DNA of 63,974 nucleotides, the filler included, from Octopus bimaculoides (Eukaryota): assembly GCF_001194135.2 (NCBI RefSeq). It is 7 parts of 7 records of this genome, joined end to end, with 100 filler letters (N's around TTAATTAATTAA, not from the genome) between each part and the next. Parts side by side here need not be neighbours in the genome. Positions count along the whole stretch, not along the records: positions 1 to 15,335 come from NC_068986.1; positions 15,436 to 28,749 come from NC_068993.1; 5 more parts are not named here. One strand, 5' to 3'. Positions 11,211 to 22,399 of this stretch are shown here, piece by piece (the stretch's first letter is position 1; every line of letters begins with the position of its first letter). The notes below the pieces were generated by a model, which saw only the letters and a list, made by a program, of their open reading frames with translations, was not told where the DNA came from and searched no databases. A program made the translations under genes and the position numbers.

Positions 11211-12193
11211 NNNNNNNNNNNNNNNNNNNNNNNNNNNNNNNNNNNNNNNNNNNNNNNNNNNNNNNNNNNNNNNNNNNNNNNNNNNNNNNNNNNNNNNNNN
11301 NNNNNNNNNNNNNNNNNNNNNNNNNNNNNNNNNNNNNNNNNNNNNNNNNNNNNNNNNNNNNNNNNNNNNNNNNNNNNNNNNNNNNNNNNNNNNNNNNNNN
11401 NNNNNNNNNNNNNNNNNNNNNNNNNNNNNNNNNNNNNNNNNNNNNNNNNNNNNNNNNNNNNNNNNNNNNNNNNNNNNNNNNNNNNNNNNNNNNNNNNNNN
11501 NNNNNNNNNNNNNNNNNNNNNNNNNNNNNNNNNNNNNNNNNNNNNNNNNNNNNNNNNNNNNNNNNNNNNNNNNNNNNNNNNNNNNNNNNNNNNNNNNNNN
11601 NNNNNNNNNNNNNNNNNNNNNNNNNNNNNNNNNNNNNNNNNNNNNNNNNNNNNNNNNNNNNNNNNNNNNNNNNNNNNNNNNNNNNNNNNNNNNNNNNNNN
11701 NNNNNNNNNNNNNNNNNNNNNNNNNNNNNNNNNNNNNNNNNNNNNNNNNNNNNNNNNNNNNNNNNNNNNNNNNNNNNNNNNNNNNNNNNNNNNNNNNNNN
11801 NNNNNNNNNNNNNNNNNNNNNNNNNNNNNNNNNNNNNNNNNNNNNNNNNNNNNNNNNNNNNNNNNNNNNNNNNNNNNNNNNNNNNNNNNNNNNNNNNNNN
11901 NNNNNNNNNNNNNNNNNNNNNNNNNNNNNNNNNNNNNNNNNNNNNNNNNNNNNNNNNNNNNNNNNNNNNNNNNNNNNNNNNNNNNNNNNNNNNNNNNNNN
12001 NNNNNNNNNNNNNNNNNNNNNNNNNNNNNNNNNNNNNNNNNNNNNNNNNNNNNNNNNNNNNNNNNNNNNNNNNNNNNNNNNNNNNNNNNNNNNNNNNNNN
12101 NNNNNNNNNNNNNNNNNNNNNNNNNNNNNNNNNNNNNNNNNNNNNNNNNNNNNNNNATATCTTCTTTTCCAGTGGCATTCTTCACTGATATTG

Positions 12194-13342
12194 AAACGGT
12201 AGAGGAGTAGGGGCCGAAACCGGACGTGGTTCCTCTTGATGATGTCTTGAGCTAACTGGATCCTATAAAGGAGCTGTTGTGGTAGCAGACTACGAAACAT
12301 GGTTGAAATTCCTCCTACCTAAACCCAGCTTCTGCAAACCATCTCTATTTTTCTTTTCACCGTTAACACTATGATAACACAACATGGAGAGAGACGGACA
12401 GATAGACAGACAAACAAAAGGGAGACACGGGAAGAGAGACAGAGATCCATCGAATACGTAGTGTCGTCGATTTGTTCGACTAAGCCTTTCAAGGAGATGC
12501 TCCAGCATGCCCGCATTTCAATGAGTGAAACAAGTAAAAGAGACCATGAATCAATGAATGAATTTGACTTGCTATCGTTATTTAAATCTTAAATACGGAA
12601 ACAAAGTATCTAAAAGCCACAAAATATAATGGTTCAAGGGAAAGAACTCAGTTATTACAACAAACATTGTTCAAGGGAAATAACTTTGTTATCATGCTAT
12701 CCAGATAACAAATTTTATTAATTTTATAAATCACATTATTTATACCATCAGGCCAATTTCTTGTCCTGTTTGAAATACTGTTAATTGTTTATTTCAAAAC
12801 ATTAAAGATTATTTAGTTGCTTAATTCATTATACATTAATATATGGAGATCGAATAATTTTGTCGTATTACCTACTACGTATAACTTTAATTCCTTTTGT
12901 GGCATTTTGACATTTTTAAAACGAGCTTTCTATTCTAAAATTTTGTAGCATGCCGTTTCTTTTCATAAGACAGTAAGAAAGAAGGAAAGGAGACTGCTAA
13001 AGAACACATGACTTATGCAGTCTCTCTGAGACTCATGATACTAACAAAAGTTAATACTACGCTAGAACATTTACAAGTAAAATATACACAGGAGATCTGA
13101 TGGCGTTGCTACACCAGGTAATGTATTTGGACGAACACGAAAACAAGACCATGTTGTGTTATCATAGTGTTAACGGTGAAAAGAAAAATAGAGATGGTTT
13201 GCAGAAGCTGGGTTTAGGTAGGAGGAATTTCAACCATGTTTCGTAGTCTGCTACCACAACAGCTCCTTTATAGGATCCAGTTAGCTCAAGACATCATCAA
13301 GAGGAACCACGTCCGGTTTCGGCCCCTACTCCTCTACCGTTT
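12194..13342. repeat. Perfect 194-bp inverted repeat (arms 12194-12387 and 13149-13342)
   Basis: Base-by-base comparison found no mismatch. The ~760-bp spacer holds a SINE A tail and AT-rich DNA. Confidence 0.9.
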
Positions 13343-13386
13343 TGATGTGGCGGGGCCCCTCCTTTCGGAGGTGTCTTCAGCTCTGG
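13298..13386 (-). ncRNA. Hammerhead-like fold with an extra hairpin between A9 and stem II
   Basis: CCAGAG-CUGAAGA-CA-[CCUCC GAAA GGAGG]-GGCCCC..25 nt..GGGGCC-GAAA-CC(GGACGU)GG-UU-C-CUCUUG. Stem I pairs only if one extra nucleotide is allowed at the cleavage site. Confidence 0.4.
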
Positions 13387-14149
13387 TGTTGGGTGTATGT
13401 CTTCTTTCTTCTATTCCCTGGCCTCTTCGATGCAGCATCAACAAGTTAGGCCATCAACACGCAAAGAGAATTCTTTAGATGTCCGTAGTTGTCACTGGGC
13501 ATCTATAGTTCAGATTCACTTCCACTGCATTCTATATTCAATTAAAATTAACGAGTAATTAATAAAGTAAAATAAATAATAAAATTAATGAGTAATTAAA
13601 ATTCTAATTCCCAATTATTAATGGTTGTTACCTCCTCGACTCGCTTCGGGTTCCTGAAACATGCATTCTTTGCTTCTCCACCCAACACCTTCCAGAACAA
13701 GCTGCAGGTTTACTGTAGATTTTAACGACATTGGATGAGGATTGCAATATATTTTTCGAACAGACTTTACATAAAACCTGAACCTGTCTCTAGTTAAGCC
13801 GCGTAACGGACGATGTAGTATGGTTATTCTTTCGAACCCTTTTCATGTTGCAATTTTTGACGATCCTTTTCCCACCAAACATCAAACTAGTATCTGCATT
13901 TAACCGCTAATGGATGAATGGATGGATTAAAATGTTGGGGGTCTCTTCTGCACTTAGTGTGTATGTGTGTGTGTGTGCGCGCGCGCATGCATATGTGCGT
14001 ATATTTGTGTGCGCGCGTGCGTGTGCGTGTGTGTGAGTGTGTGTGTGTGGGTGGGTGTGTGTGTGTGTGAGTACGAGTGCGCGTTCCTTTACAGCCAGCT
14101 TCTGCGGGGTAATTCATTTGGAGTAAGCTACTCAACTAAGTCGAGTGCA

Positions 14150-14950
14150 GTTGGTTTCTCAGTTTGAATCATAAAACAGACGTGTTTCTCGCTGTTTGGA
14201 TTGATTATCTGCCTATTTTGATGCTCGAATGTGTCGTCAGTTCGATCTTGATTTATCATATTTGCCTTTGCCAGTTGCTGGTAGCTATGTTTTGTCATTT
14301 ACTTATACTCGTATATGATCAGCAGGCTCTAACGATATGAGTGCCTCTCCTGCCTGTAGGCTGCAATATTTCTTTATCATCCTTTGGGGCTCGAGAATGT
14401 CCGATAGAAATCCTGCACGATGGTACAGTAACTGACGAGATGTAAATAGTGTTCTCGTCTGACTACGAAACTAGTCTATTGGAGTATTTCATGGGTCTGG
14501 CAGTGCCTAGTAGGGATCTTTGTTTTCCTCATTACATTTTTTATCGGTATTTTCATAGCTTTCCCTACAATCTCGGTTTTTCAGTTCGATTGTAGGAAGC
14601 GTGGACTGGGTGTGATATGGTGAAAGTCCTACGTCTTGGGAGCATTTCTGAATTCTTCATTGTAAAGCGTCATCTGAAATCGGAATATCTGGTATTTCTC
14701 GTTCGACAAAGACTGATTTCGGCTCGTCTGCAACTGTAATACTGGTTTGATCTCTTTATTGCATAACTTCAGCAAATTTGGAATGGTAATCAACAATGAA
14801 AATGTAGTCATTACCATTAGTTGAGAATAAATCGACATTGACCGAGGACGTTCTGGTACCTTATTAGGCAGTTATGAGTCTTTAGCGTTGTTTGTTCTGA
14901 AATTGGCACATATTGTACATGTAGTGACGTCATTTTGCGCCAAAATACAG
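14150..14950 (-). mobile_element. Decayed Ty3/Gypsy LTR-retrotransposon integrase (zinc finger plus rve core)
   Basis: Frameshifted minus-strand frames read TVFWRKMTS..CTICANFRTNNAKDS*LPNKVPERP..VDLFSTNGNDYIFIVDYHSKFAEV..EEFRNAPKT*DFHHITPSP..NKDPY*AL..NTPID. Remnants may continue to ~13650. Confidence 0.85.
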
Positions 14951-15090
14951 TCGCCATTACTGCGTTTTCATCTACGCATGCGCAGGGAATAGTTCCGGAA
15001 GGAACACGGGAAGAGTCCCATGCGCATGCGTGGAATTCAACATCTAAGCGTTCCCACTCTTTTCATTCTCTTTTCTCGCCGGCCGGCGAA
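14925..15090 (+). promoter_or_regulatory. Promoter-like CpG-rich motif cluster
   Basis: TGACGTCA (CRE, 14925-14932), TTTTGCGCCAAAA (E2F-like, 14933-14945), two NRF1-like GCGCATGCG sites (14974-14984, 15021-15031), CCGGAAG (ETS, 14995-15001) and a 14-bp palindrome at 15076-15089. Confidence 0.5.
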
Positions 15091-15205
15091 GAGGTAACAC
15101 AGGTCCAACAGAGCTCTCTCACATGAGCGTGGTCGTATCAAGTTGTCTCTCCAACATTCCAACTCTGGGGACAGCTCACAACAACATTCCGGCGTCTCAG
15201 CAACC

Positions 15206-15220
15206 ATGCCTATTTCCTCG
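15206..15220 (+). CDS. Candidate first coding exon end (MPISS|); an upstream ATG at 15123 gives an alternative 32-codon phase-2 exon
   Basis: GCAACCATGC Kozak-like context and TCG|GTAAAT donor at 15221, downstream of the promoter-like cluster. The scaffold piece ends at 15335. Confidence 0.35.
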
Positions 15221-15335
15221 GTAAATAAATATTGTTGTGTTGATAGTTCAGAGTTCTGCGTTACGTTGTTTATTTAGAATTTAATATAGGAAAGCAGGTG
15301 TACACCTAATGGTGTATAACCACTTTCCTAAATAC

Positions 15336-15435
15336 NNNNNNNNNNNNNNNNNNNNNNNNNNNNNNNNNNNNNNNNNNNNTTAATTAATTAANNNNNNNNN
15401 NNNNNNNNNNNNNNNNNNNNNNNNNNNNNNNNNNN
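15336..15435. other. Synthetic scaffold join: 44 N + TTAATTAATTAA + 44 N (spacers also at 28794-28805, 46439-46450, 53389-53400, 59915-59926, 62709-62720)
   Basis: The same 100-bp structure occurs six times. The 12-mer gives stops in all six frames. Confidence 0.95.
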
Positions 15436-16727
15436 ATATATATATATATATATATATAAACATATATATATATCTATATACATAGATACATACATACATA
15501 CAACCATGCATACATATATATATGAATACATATATACACACATAGAGGGAGGCAGACAAACAGACAGATAGATTGATAGATAGATGGATAGATAGGACGG
15601 TCTTCTACATAACTTTCATATACAACATTCACTCAGAAACCATTGGTCAGTCCGGGTCTATTCTAGATGACACCTATTGAAGGTGCAGCTTAGTGGGACG
15701 GAATCTAAAAACGGTTGGACGCAAAGTGATCTTCTTATCACACGACAATGCCTGTTGTATTTGCACTGTGTATACCCTCTGTTTATATGATCACAGATTT
15801 TTTTGTTAAAATCCATTCCATTTCTTCTTCCTTTAACTTAAATTAATAATTTCACGCATTTATTTCTCTAAATAATAAAATCTAATAAAACTTAGGATGA
15901 CATAAAGTTTGCTGAACTTTGAGATGATTAGCCGGTATCGCCGAAACCTAGCAGTAAATTCCGAAGTCTGTTCTGGTAATGCAGACTATTTTCAAGTACA
16001 AATAAAGAAAGAATAATTTATTCACGGCCTGTACCGAGACTGTTAGTAAAATGTTCTTTCAAACAGGTTACACCATAGGCATACGTGCAAACAGACATAT
16101 GTACGTGAACATGTATATGTGTATACATAATTATATATATACATATATATGGATCAGAGACATATATGCTAGTTCATAAAGTTCATAAATAACCGTCACA
16201 TTTAAAATCCAATTATCACTGTCAGAAACACTATCTATAGGAAAGTTTATTCGAATTATCCTATCTGTCTGTCTGTCTGTATGTATGTCTCTCTTTCTGC
16301 CTCTCTCTTTCTCTCTTTCTCTCTCCCTCTCTCTTACCTTATAAATGCATATATATATATATATNNNNNNNNNNNNNNNNNNNNNNNNNNNNNNNNNNNN
16401 NNNNNNNNNNNNNNNNNNNNNNNNNNNNNNNNNNNNNNNNNNNNNNNNNNNNNNNNNNNNNNNNNNNNNNNNNNNNNNNNNNNNNNNNNNNNNNNNNNNN
16501 NNNNNNNNNNNNNNNNNNNNNNNNNNNNNNNNNNNNNNNNNNNNNNNNNNNNNNNNNNNNNNNNNNNNNNNNNNNNNNNNNNNNNNNNNNNNNNNNNNNN
16601 NNNNNNNNNNNNNNNNNNNNNNNNNNNNNNNNNNNNNNNNNNNNNNNNNNNNNNNNNNNNNNNNNNNNNNNNNNNNNNNNNNNNNNNNNNNNNATATATA
16701 TGTATACATATATACATAGATATGTAT

Positions 16728-16774
<47 letters not shown>

Positions 16775-17339
16775 CTCTATACACTTATTTAAGTATATAT
16801 ACGTGTACGTGTGTGTGTGCATGTGTGTGTGTGTGTTTGTGCGTGTGTGTGTGCGAGTGCTGTATATAATCGAACTGATACAAGCATACACAATGTTATA
16901 TGCAAATAGAGCAGAGAGACATCAGAGGCAAGTGCGTTCAACCCACCAGCCAGCCAGCCGGCCAGCCTGCCAGCCGGCCAGCCTGCCAACTTCCCAGTTA
17001 GCCAGTCAGTACACACGCCAAGAATACTCCTCGATAGGTGTGTCTGTGGATGTATACGTAACAGTGTGTCTGTTTCTTACTGTTTGTCTGTGTATATTTG
17101 TGTGCGTATGTGTGTGTGTGAGCTGCAGAGAGGGAGAGAAGGAGTAGGAGAGCAAGGAGGGTAGCTAGAATACATAGAATTGGAAGAAATCGGGGAGGGG
17201 CTTGGATAATGGCTAAGAAAAGAAGGTATTTTAGAGTAGGTAGGCAAAAGGTAAGGGGGTGTGGTACGTAGATGTAAGATGAAGGCCGGGGTAGGTTTTG
17301 TGGTGGGTAGAGAGATGTGAGAAGTAGTCTTTTAACAAC

Positions 17340-17900
17340 CTCAAGTAGGTGGAGTGAGGAGGAGTGAGACGGCGACGCAAAAGTTTCGCTTCAGCTTCTG
17401 CGGACGGTTGCAAATATATGAGTGGTTTATAAATGCCGGGTTTGTATGTAAGTTGTCGAGGTGGTGGTGGTGGTGGTGGTGGTGGCGGTGGTGTTGTTGT
17501 TGTTGTTGGTGGTGGTGCTGCTGCTGCTGCTGGTGTCGGTGGAAGTTTTGAGGGTGATGCTGATGCTGACTGTGGTGGTTGGGATGTTTAGCTGGTGCTG
17601 GTAGTGGTGGTCGTTGTGGTGGTCCTGGCGAAGTTGGTGTCATCGCTGTTCGCGTTAGCATTGGCGGTGATGAAGCTAATGGTGACGATAGTGGTGGTGT
17701 TGGTGGCACTGGTGGAGATTGTGGTTATTGTGGTGGAAATGTTGTTGTTGTTGTTGTTATCTTTATAGACGATGCTATTTCTGATGCTGATGTTGATGAT
17801 AGTGTTGGTCATCCTGATGGTGATAGTGCTGGTGGTGATGGTGTTGGTAGGGTGTGGTTCATGATGGATTTGAAGAACTATGAAGTGGGGTTGCGTGGGG
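17340..17900. repeat. Degenerate GGT/GTT/GCT trinucleotide low-complexity tract
   Basis: Runs of (GGT)n, (GTT)n, (GCT)n produce spurious poly-H/Q/T/G ORFs. Confidence 0.9.
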
Positions 17901-18706
17901 CTCCCCGATACATTCTTTATGCTATCTTGCACACAGAATAGCTGTTTCATAAGCCTGTCCCACCCCGTCCACTCTCTCACTTTCGCCCTCTTCACGTCTA
18001 TGTCTGTCTTCTCTTAATCACTCTCTCCCCCTTTCTCTCTGTCTGTCTACATTCCTCTCTCTCTCTCTGTCTGTCTCTGTCTCTCTCTCTTTCACACACA
18101 CATATACACACACACATATATATATATACGTACATGATATGGAAGCAAAGGGCGTGTGTGTATGTGTATGTGTGTGTGTGATTTTGTGTGTATTTGTGTG
18201 TGTATGTGTGTGAGTGTGTTTTGTGTGATATTAACTATCAGCAGCTACAGTAACAGGTGTAATGTATAGGTGGTTATGGGATTTTGAGCATGTGTGTAGA
18301 TGAGATGGCCAGTAGTAATCCGGGCAGTTGAAGGGTGTAAGAAAGACAGTCTGAAAGGTGTCTAAATGGGTGGGTGTGGATATGTGTGTGTGATGGCATG
18401 TGTACGTAGACGGAGTTGGAATGTATGTGTGCGTGCGTGGACATACACACATACATTTTTCTTGTCTTTTTCTCCGTTATGTATGTGTATGTGTGTGTGT
18501 GTGTGTGTGTGTGCGTGTGTGTGTGTGTGCGTGTGTGTGTGTGTGTGTGTATACACACATATATATACACATACAATTATAATTAAGGGCATAGAAAACA
18601 TTCTTGCCTATATAGTGAAAGAAGACGCTAAATCATGGAACTACATTATCTATCATCACTATTACTATTACACTCCATCTTTCAGCATATAGACAAGAAT
18701 TTCTTC

Positions 18707-19085
18707 TATGCTTTTTTCTTTTATTCTTTTCTTTTATTTGTTTCAGTCATTTGACTGCGGCCATGCTGGAGCACCGCCTTTAGTCGAAACAAATCCACCA
18801 CCCCAGGACTTATTCTTTATAAGCTTCGTACTTATTTTATCAGACTCTTTTGCCAAACCGCTAGGTTACGGAGACATAAACAAACCAGCATCGGTTGTCA
18901 AGCGACGTTGGGGGACAAACACAGACATACAAACATACATATACACATATATACGACGGGCTTCTTTCAGTTTCCGTCTACCAAATCCACCCACAAGGCT
19001 TTGGTTGGCCCGAGGCTATAGTAGAAGACACTTGCCCAATGTGCCACGCAGAAGGACTGAACCCGTAACCATGTGGTTGGTAAGC
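18707..19085 (-). mobile_element. SINE family A
   Basis: Reverse complement of the family A consensus. Confidence 0.9.
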
Positions 19086-19867
19086 ACTATTGTTTTTATA
19101 TGCTGGCCACAGATAAAATTTTAAGGATTTTATCCTTTTATACATACATATATATGTATGTGTATATANNNNNNNNNNTATATGTATGTATGTATGTATA
19201 TATACATACATACATCTGAGCGGGTCACTCTCCTTCTCACTCCCACTGTTTGCGTACATATACATATGAATTAATACATGCATATTATACACACATACAT
19301 ACATTTATACATATTGACTTCACTAAAGACTGGTAGATGTATATTTATGTGTATTTCTGTGTACGTGCATGCTTGTCTGTGAATGTGTGTGTGTGTGTGT
19401 GTCATTGTGCGTGTTTGTGTGGGCATGTGCGTATTTCAAGACACACGCACACACAAAAATGCACAAAGGGCGGCGACAGAATCTGAAGAGAAAAACAAGA
19501 GGCGTGGTAAGCAGGTAAGAGAGGACGGAAATGGTTACAGCTACATATATTTCCGACACAAGAATACGTTGGATTTTTATATGGATGGTCACATGTGTCG
19601 TAACATTTAGCTAATAAACAGTTGAACATTCCATAGTTGTACGTGTAAATATGGCAACTATAATTTGATAGGACAGATAATGCATGTCTTACTGTATACC
19701 CCAATGTATCAATGCTTCACTGTATACATTACAATATGCATGCATGAACGTATGCATGTGTGTGTAGAGTGCATGTAAGTATGTATATATNNNNNNNNNN
19801 GATAGATAGATAGATAGATACACACACACACACATACACACACTCACATACACACATACATATATTT

Positions 19868-20019
19868 AGGTGCTGTGGTAAGTACCTTGCTTACCAACCA
19901 CATGGTTCCAGATTCAGTCCCACTGCGTGGCACTTTGCGCAAGTGTCCTCTACTATAGCCTCGGGACGACCAAAGCCTTGTGAGTGGATTTGGTAAACGG
20001 AAACCGAGAGAAGCCCATC

Positions 20020-20053
<34 letters not shown>

Positions 20054-20190
20054 GTGTGTGTGTGTCCGTGTCTGTTCCCCCACCTTCGCTTGACAACTGA
20101 TGTTGGTGCGTTTACGTCCCCGTAACTTAGCAGCTCGGCGAAACAGACCGCTAGGATAAGTACTAGGCTTACAAAGAATAAGTATTGGGA
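19868..20190 (+). mobile_element. SINE family A (3'-truncated)
   Basis: Family A head, internal (TA)/(TG)n and body. Confidence 0.9.
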
Positions 20191-21655
20191 TCGATGCGAG
20201 AGAATGTATGTGTGTGCTTCGAGGTTGGAACACGTACGCCCAGTGGAATGCTTTGCTAATTTCAATAGAGACATACAACCAAGCGAAATCCTGTCATAAT
20301 ACGTTGCCAATATAGGTCTCCACCAAAAGTATATATATGTAAATAAATAAAGTATTTTCTTTTAAACTGAAATTCAAAAAGACCCTACGCTGGACCCACC
20401 TCACCCACTCCCTCGTTCTCTTAATCCCCCCCTCTGTCTCTTTATATCTCCATGCCGTACGTCAGCGCGTATATGCAGGGGTGGTTCTCTCATACATACA
20501 CGTCCAGTGAGTTCATGTCTGAAAAGTGCGACTCAGAAGCGAACATGTTATTGTCAAATGCCATTTATTATTGTAATCTTAATTGTATAATCTTGTTGCT
20601 AATTTAGGCATAATTTCTAAAATTTTGATGGTGGAAGCAAGTTATATATCATGGAAGCTAGAAGGTTGTTATCGTTTCTTTTCGACACCGAAAGAATGAA
20701 CGCCAAATAATGACCTCAGCGACGTTTGTAACCAGAACGGTAGATATCGGAAGAAATATAGGAGCGCATCTTCTCCAACACTTTAACGATTTTGCCAATC
20801 CACCAGCTTGAATAACTGATTTTATTTTAAGCAAAAGAATAGCACTTTTGGATGGGATGAGTTTAGACGAGTATGGTGCTGGTGCATTATGTAACTGAAT
20901 GCAAGAAATGTAAAAATTGATCTCGGTAAGATTAAATCTCTGAACGTAAAGCGCCAGATCGAATACAAGATATACAACTTTTGCAAACAGACAACGGCTT
21001 CGTTTTTAGGCACAAGGTCATTGGCCTTTGATGAGAGGCGGTTAATCTCTGTTATCAATCCCAGTAGATGACGGCTAATTTTCCCTTTTTCTTTCTTCAT
21101 TTTTTTCTTTCTTTTTGACACCGAAAGGATAAAAAACAAAGTTGACTTCGGTGTGATATGAACATAAAACATAACATCCTCGGAACAAAATCAGCACAAG
21201 AGCTGTCATCCCTTTTCTAGAAATCTAGAATTTCAGGAAATCCGGAAATACTGAGCAATATCATGCAATACACTACACCCTATGTTGAGTAAACTGTTTT
21301 CGAAGTTGGTTGATTTCCAATCGGTCAGTAAAAAATAGTTTTGTTTTTCACATTTTTAAGTGAAACGAGAAATAGTAAACTTACTCTGATTTAGAATTTG
21401 TACTTGCATTTGTTGAATAACATCATAGTTTTTCACCTTCTTCCTTTAATTTCCATCTTATAAATATTATACTGTGTATATTGCACAGTATAATATATTT
21501 TAAGAAATTCAAGTCGACTAACACGTAACAAACATATCCTGATTTAGAAGTCCATTGACTTCAAACTGCTAAGCACAATTTACCTCTACTTTTCATTGTT
21601 CATGTATATTTCAAGCATACATTTCGACTCTTCAGAAATCTGAGATATTTCCGTG

Positions 21656-21895
21656 GAGGCGCGTGGCTTAGTGGTTAGGGTGTCAGCATCATGATCGCAA
21701 GGTTGTGGTTTCGATTTATGGACCAGGCGACACGACGTGTTCTTCAGCAAAACACTTCGTTTCACGTTGCTCAGCTGGCAAAAATGAGTAACGCTGCGAT
21801 GGACTGGCGTCCATGCCCAGCTGGGGAACACATACGCCATTGAAACCGGGAAACTGGGTCCATGAGCCTGGCTAGGCTTTAAAAGGGCGCATAAA
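21656..21895 (+). mobile_element. tRNA-derived SINE, family D
   Basis: GGAGGCGCGTGGCTTAGTGGTTAGGGTG..GGTTTCGATT (A/B boxes). Head shared with 49960 (+) and 37760-38012 (-). Confidence 0.8.
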
Positions 21896-22399
21896 TGAAT
21901 TAAAAAAAGATACTTCCGGTCCCAGCTTTGCTAGATAATTGCTCCGTACTGTACCACATACCATTTCTTCCGACGCCTTAACTATTCCGCCAGCTCTCCG
22001 TTTTCACCATTAGCAGCTTTTGATGGGAGGTGATTAGTTGGTATAACTAACCCCGGTTATTCAACTGGTACTTTATTTTATAGACATCGAAGAAATTTCA
22101 ACCTTGGCGGGATTTGAACTTAGAATCATATGGACCCAAGGCAAAACCCCAAGAGGAATCCTGTCCAAACGATTTTGCCGCTCCACTGTACTTCAACGCT
22201 TCTTTGATATTACATATATTCAGTACAAAAACGATACAATATCTGATGGAGATGTATTAAATTATTTTATTTCCCTGTCTCAATGCTGACTTTGAAAACA
22301 ATGTTTCTTTGTTTTTGTTCTTTTTTCTGCTTTTTTTTTTCTTATTGTATAGATTATTAATATGACTGTATTGGGTTAAGTCAGGGACAACTATATTAT

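Noticed and set aside
13230-13305. Second HHR-like string (UUGAUGA...GACUACGAAACAUGGUU) inside the 194-bp arm
   Set aside because: Stem II does not abut GAAA and stem I does not pair.
17341-17995. Poly-Q/H, poly-T and Gly/Val-rich ORFs resembling transcription-factor low-complexity regions
   Set aside because: Derived from degenerate trinucleotide tracts open in several frames on both strands. The same applies to 22404-22878, 23914-24364 and 42109-42507.
19441-19520. Exon ending at tandem donors GTG|GTAAGC and CAG|GTAAGA
   Set aside because: The acceptor is weak, lies in CA/TG-rich sequence, and has no supporting partner exons.
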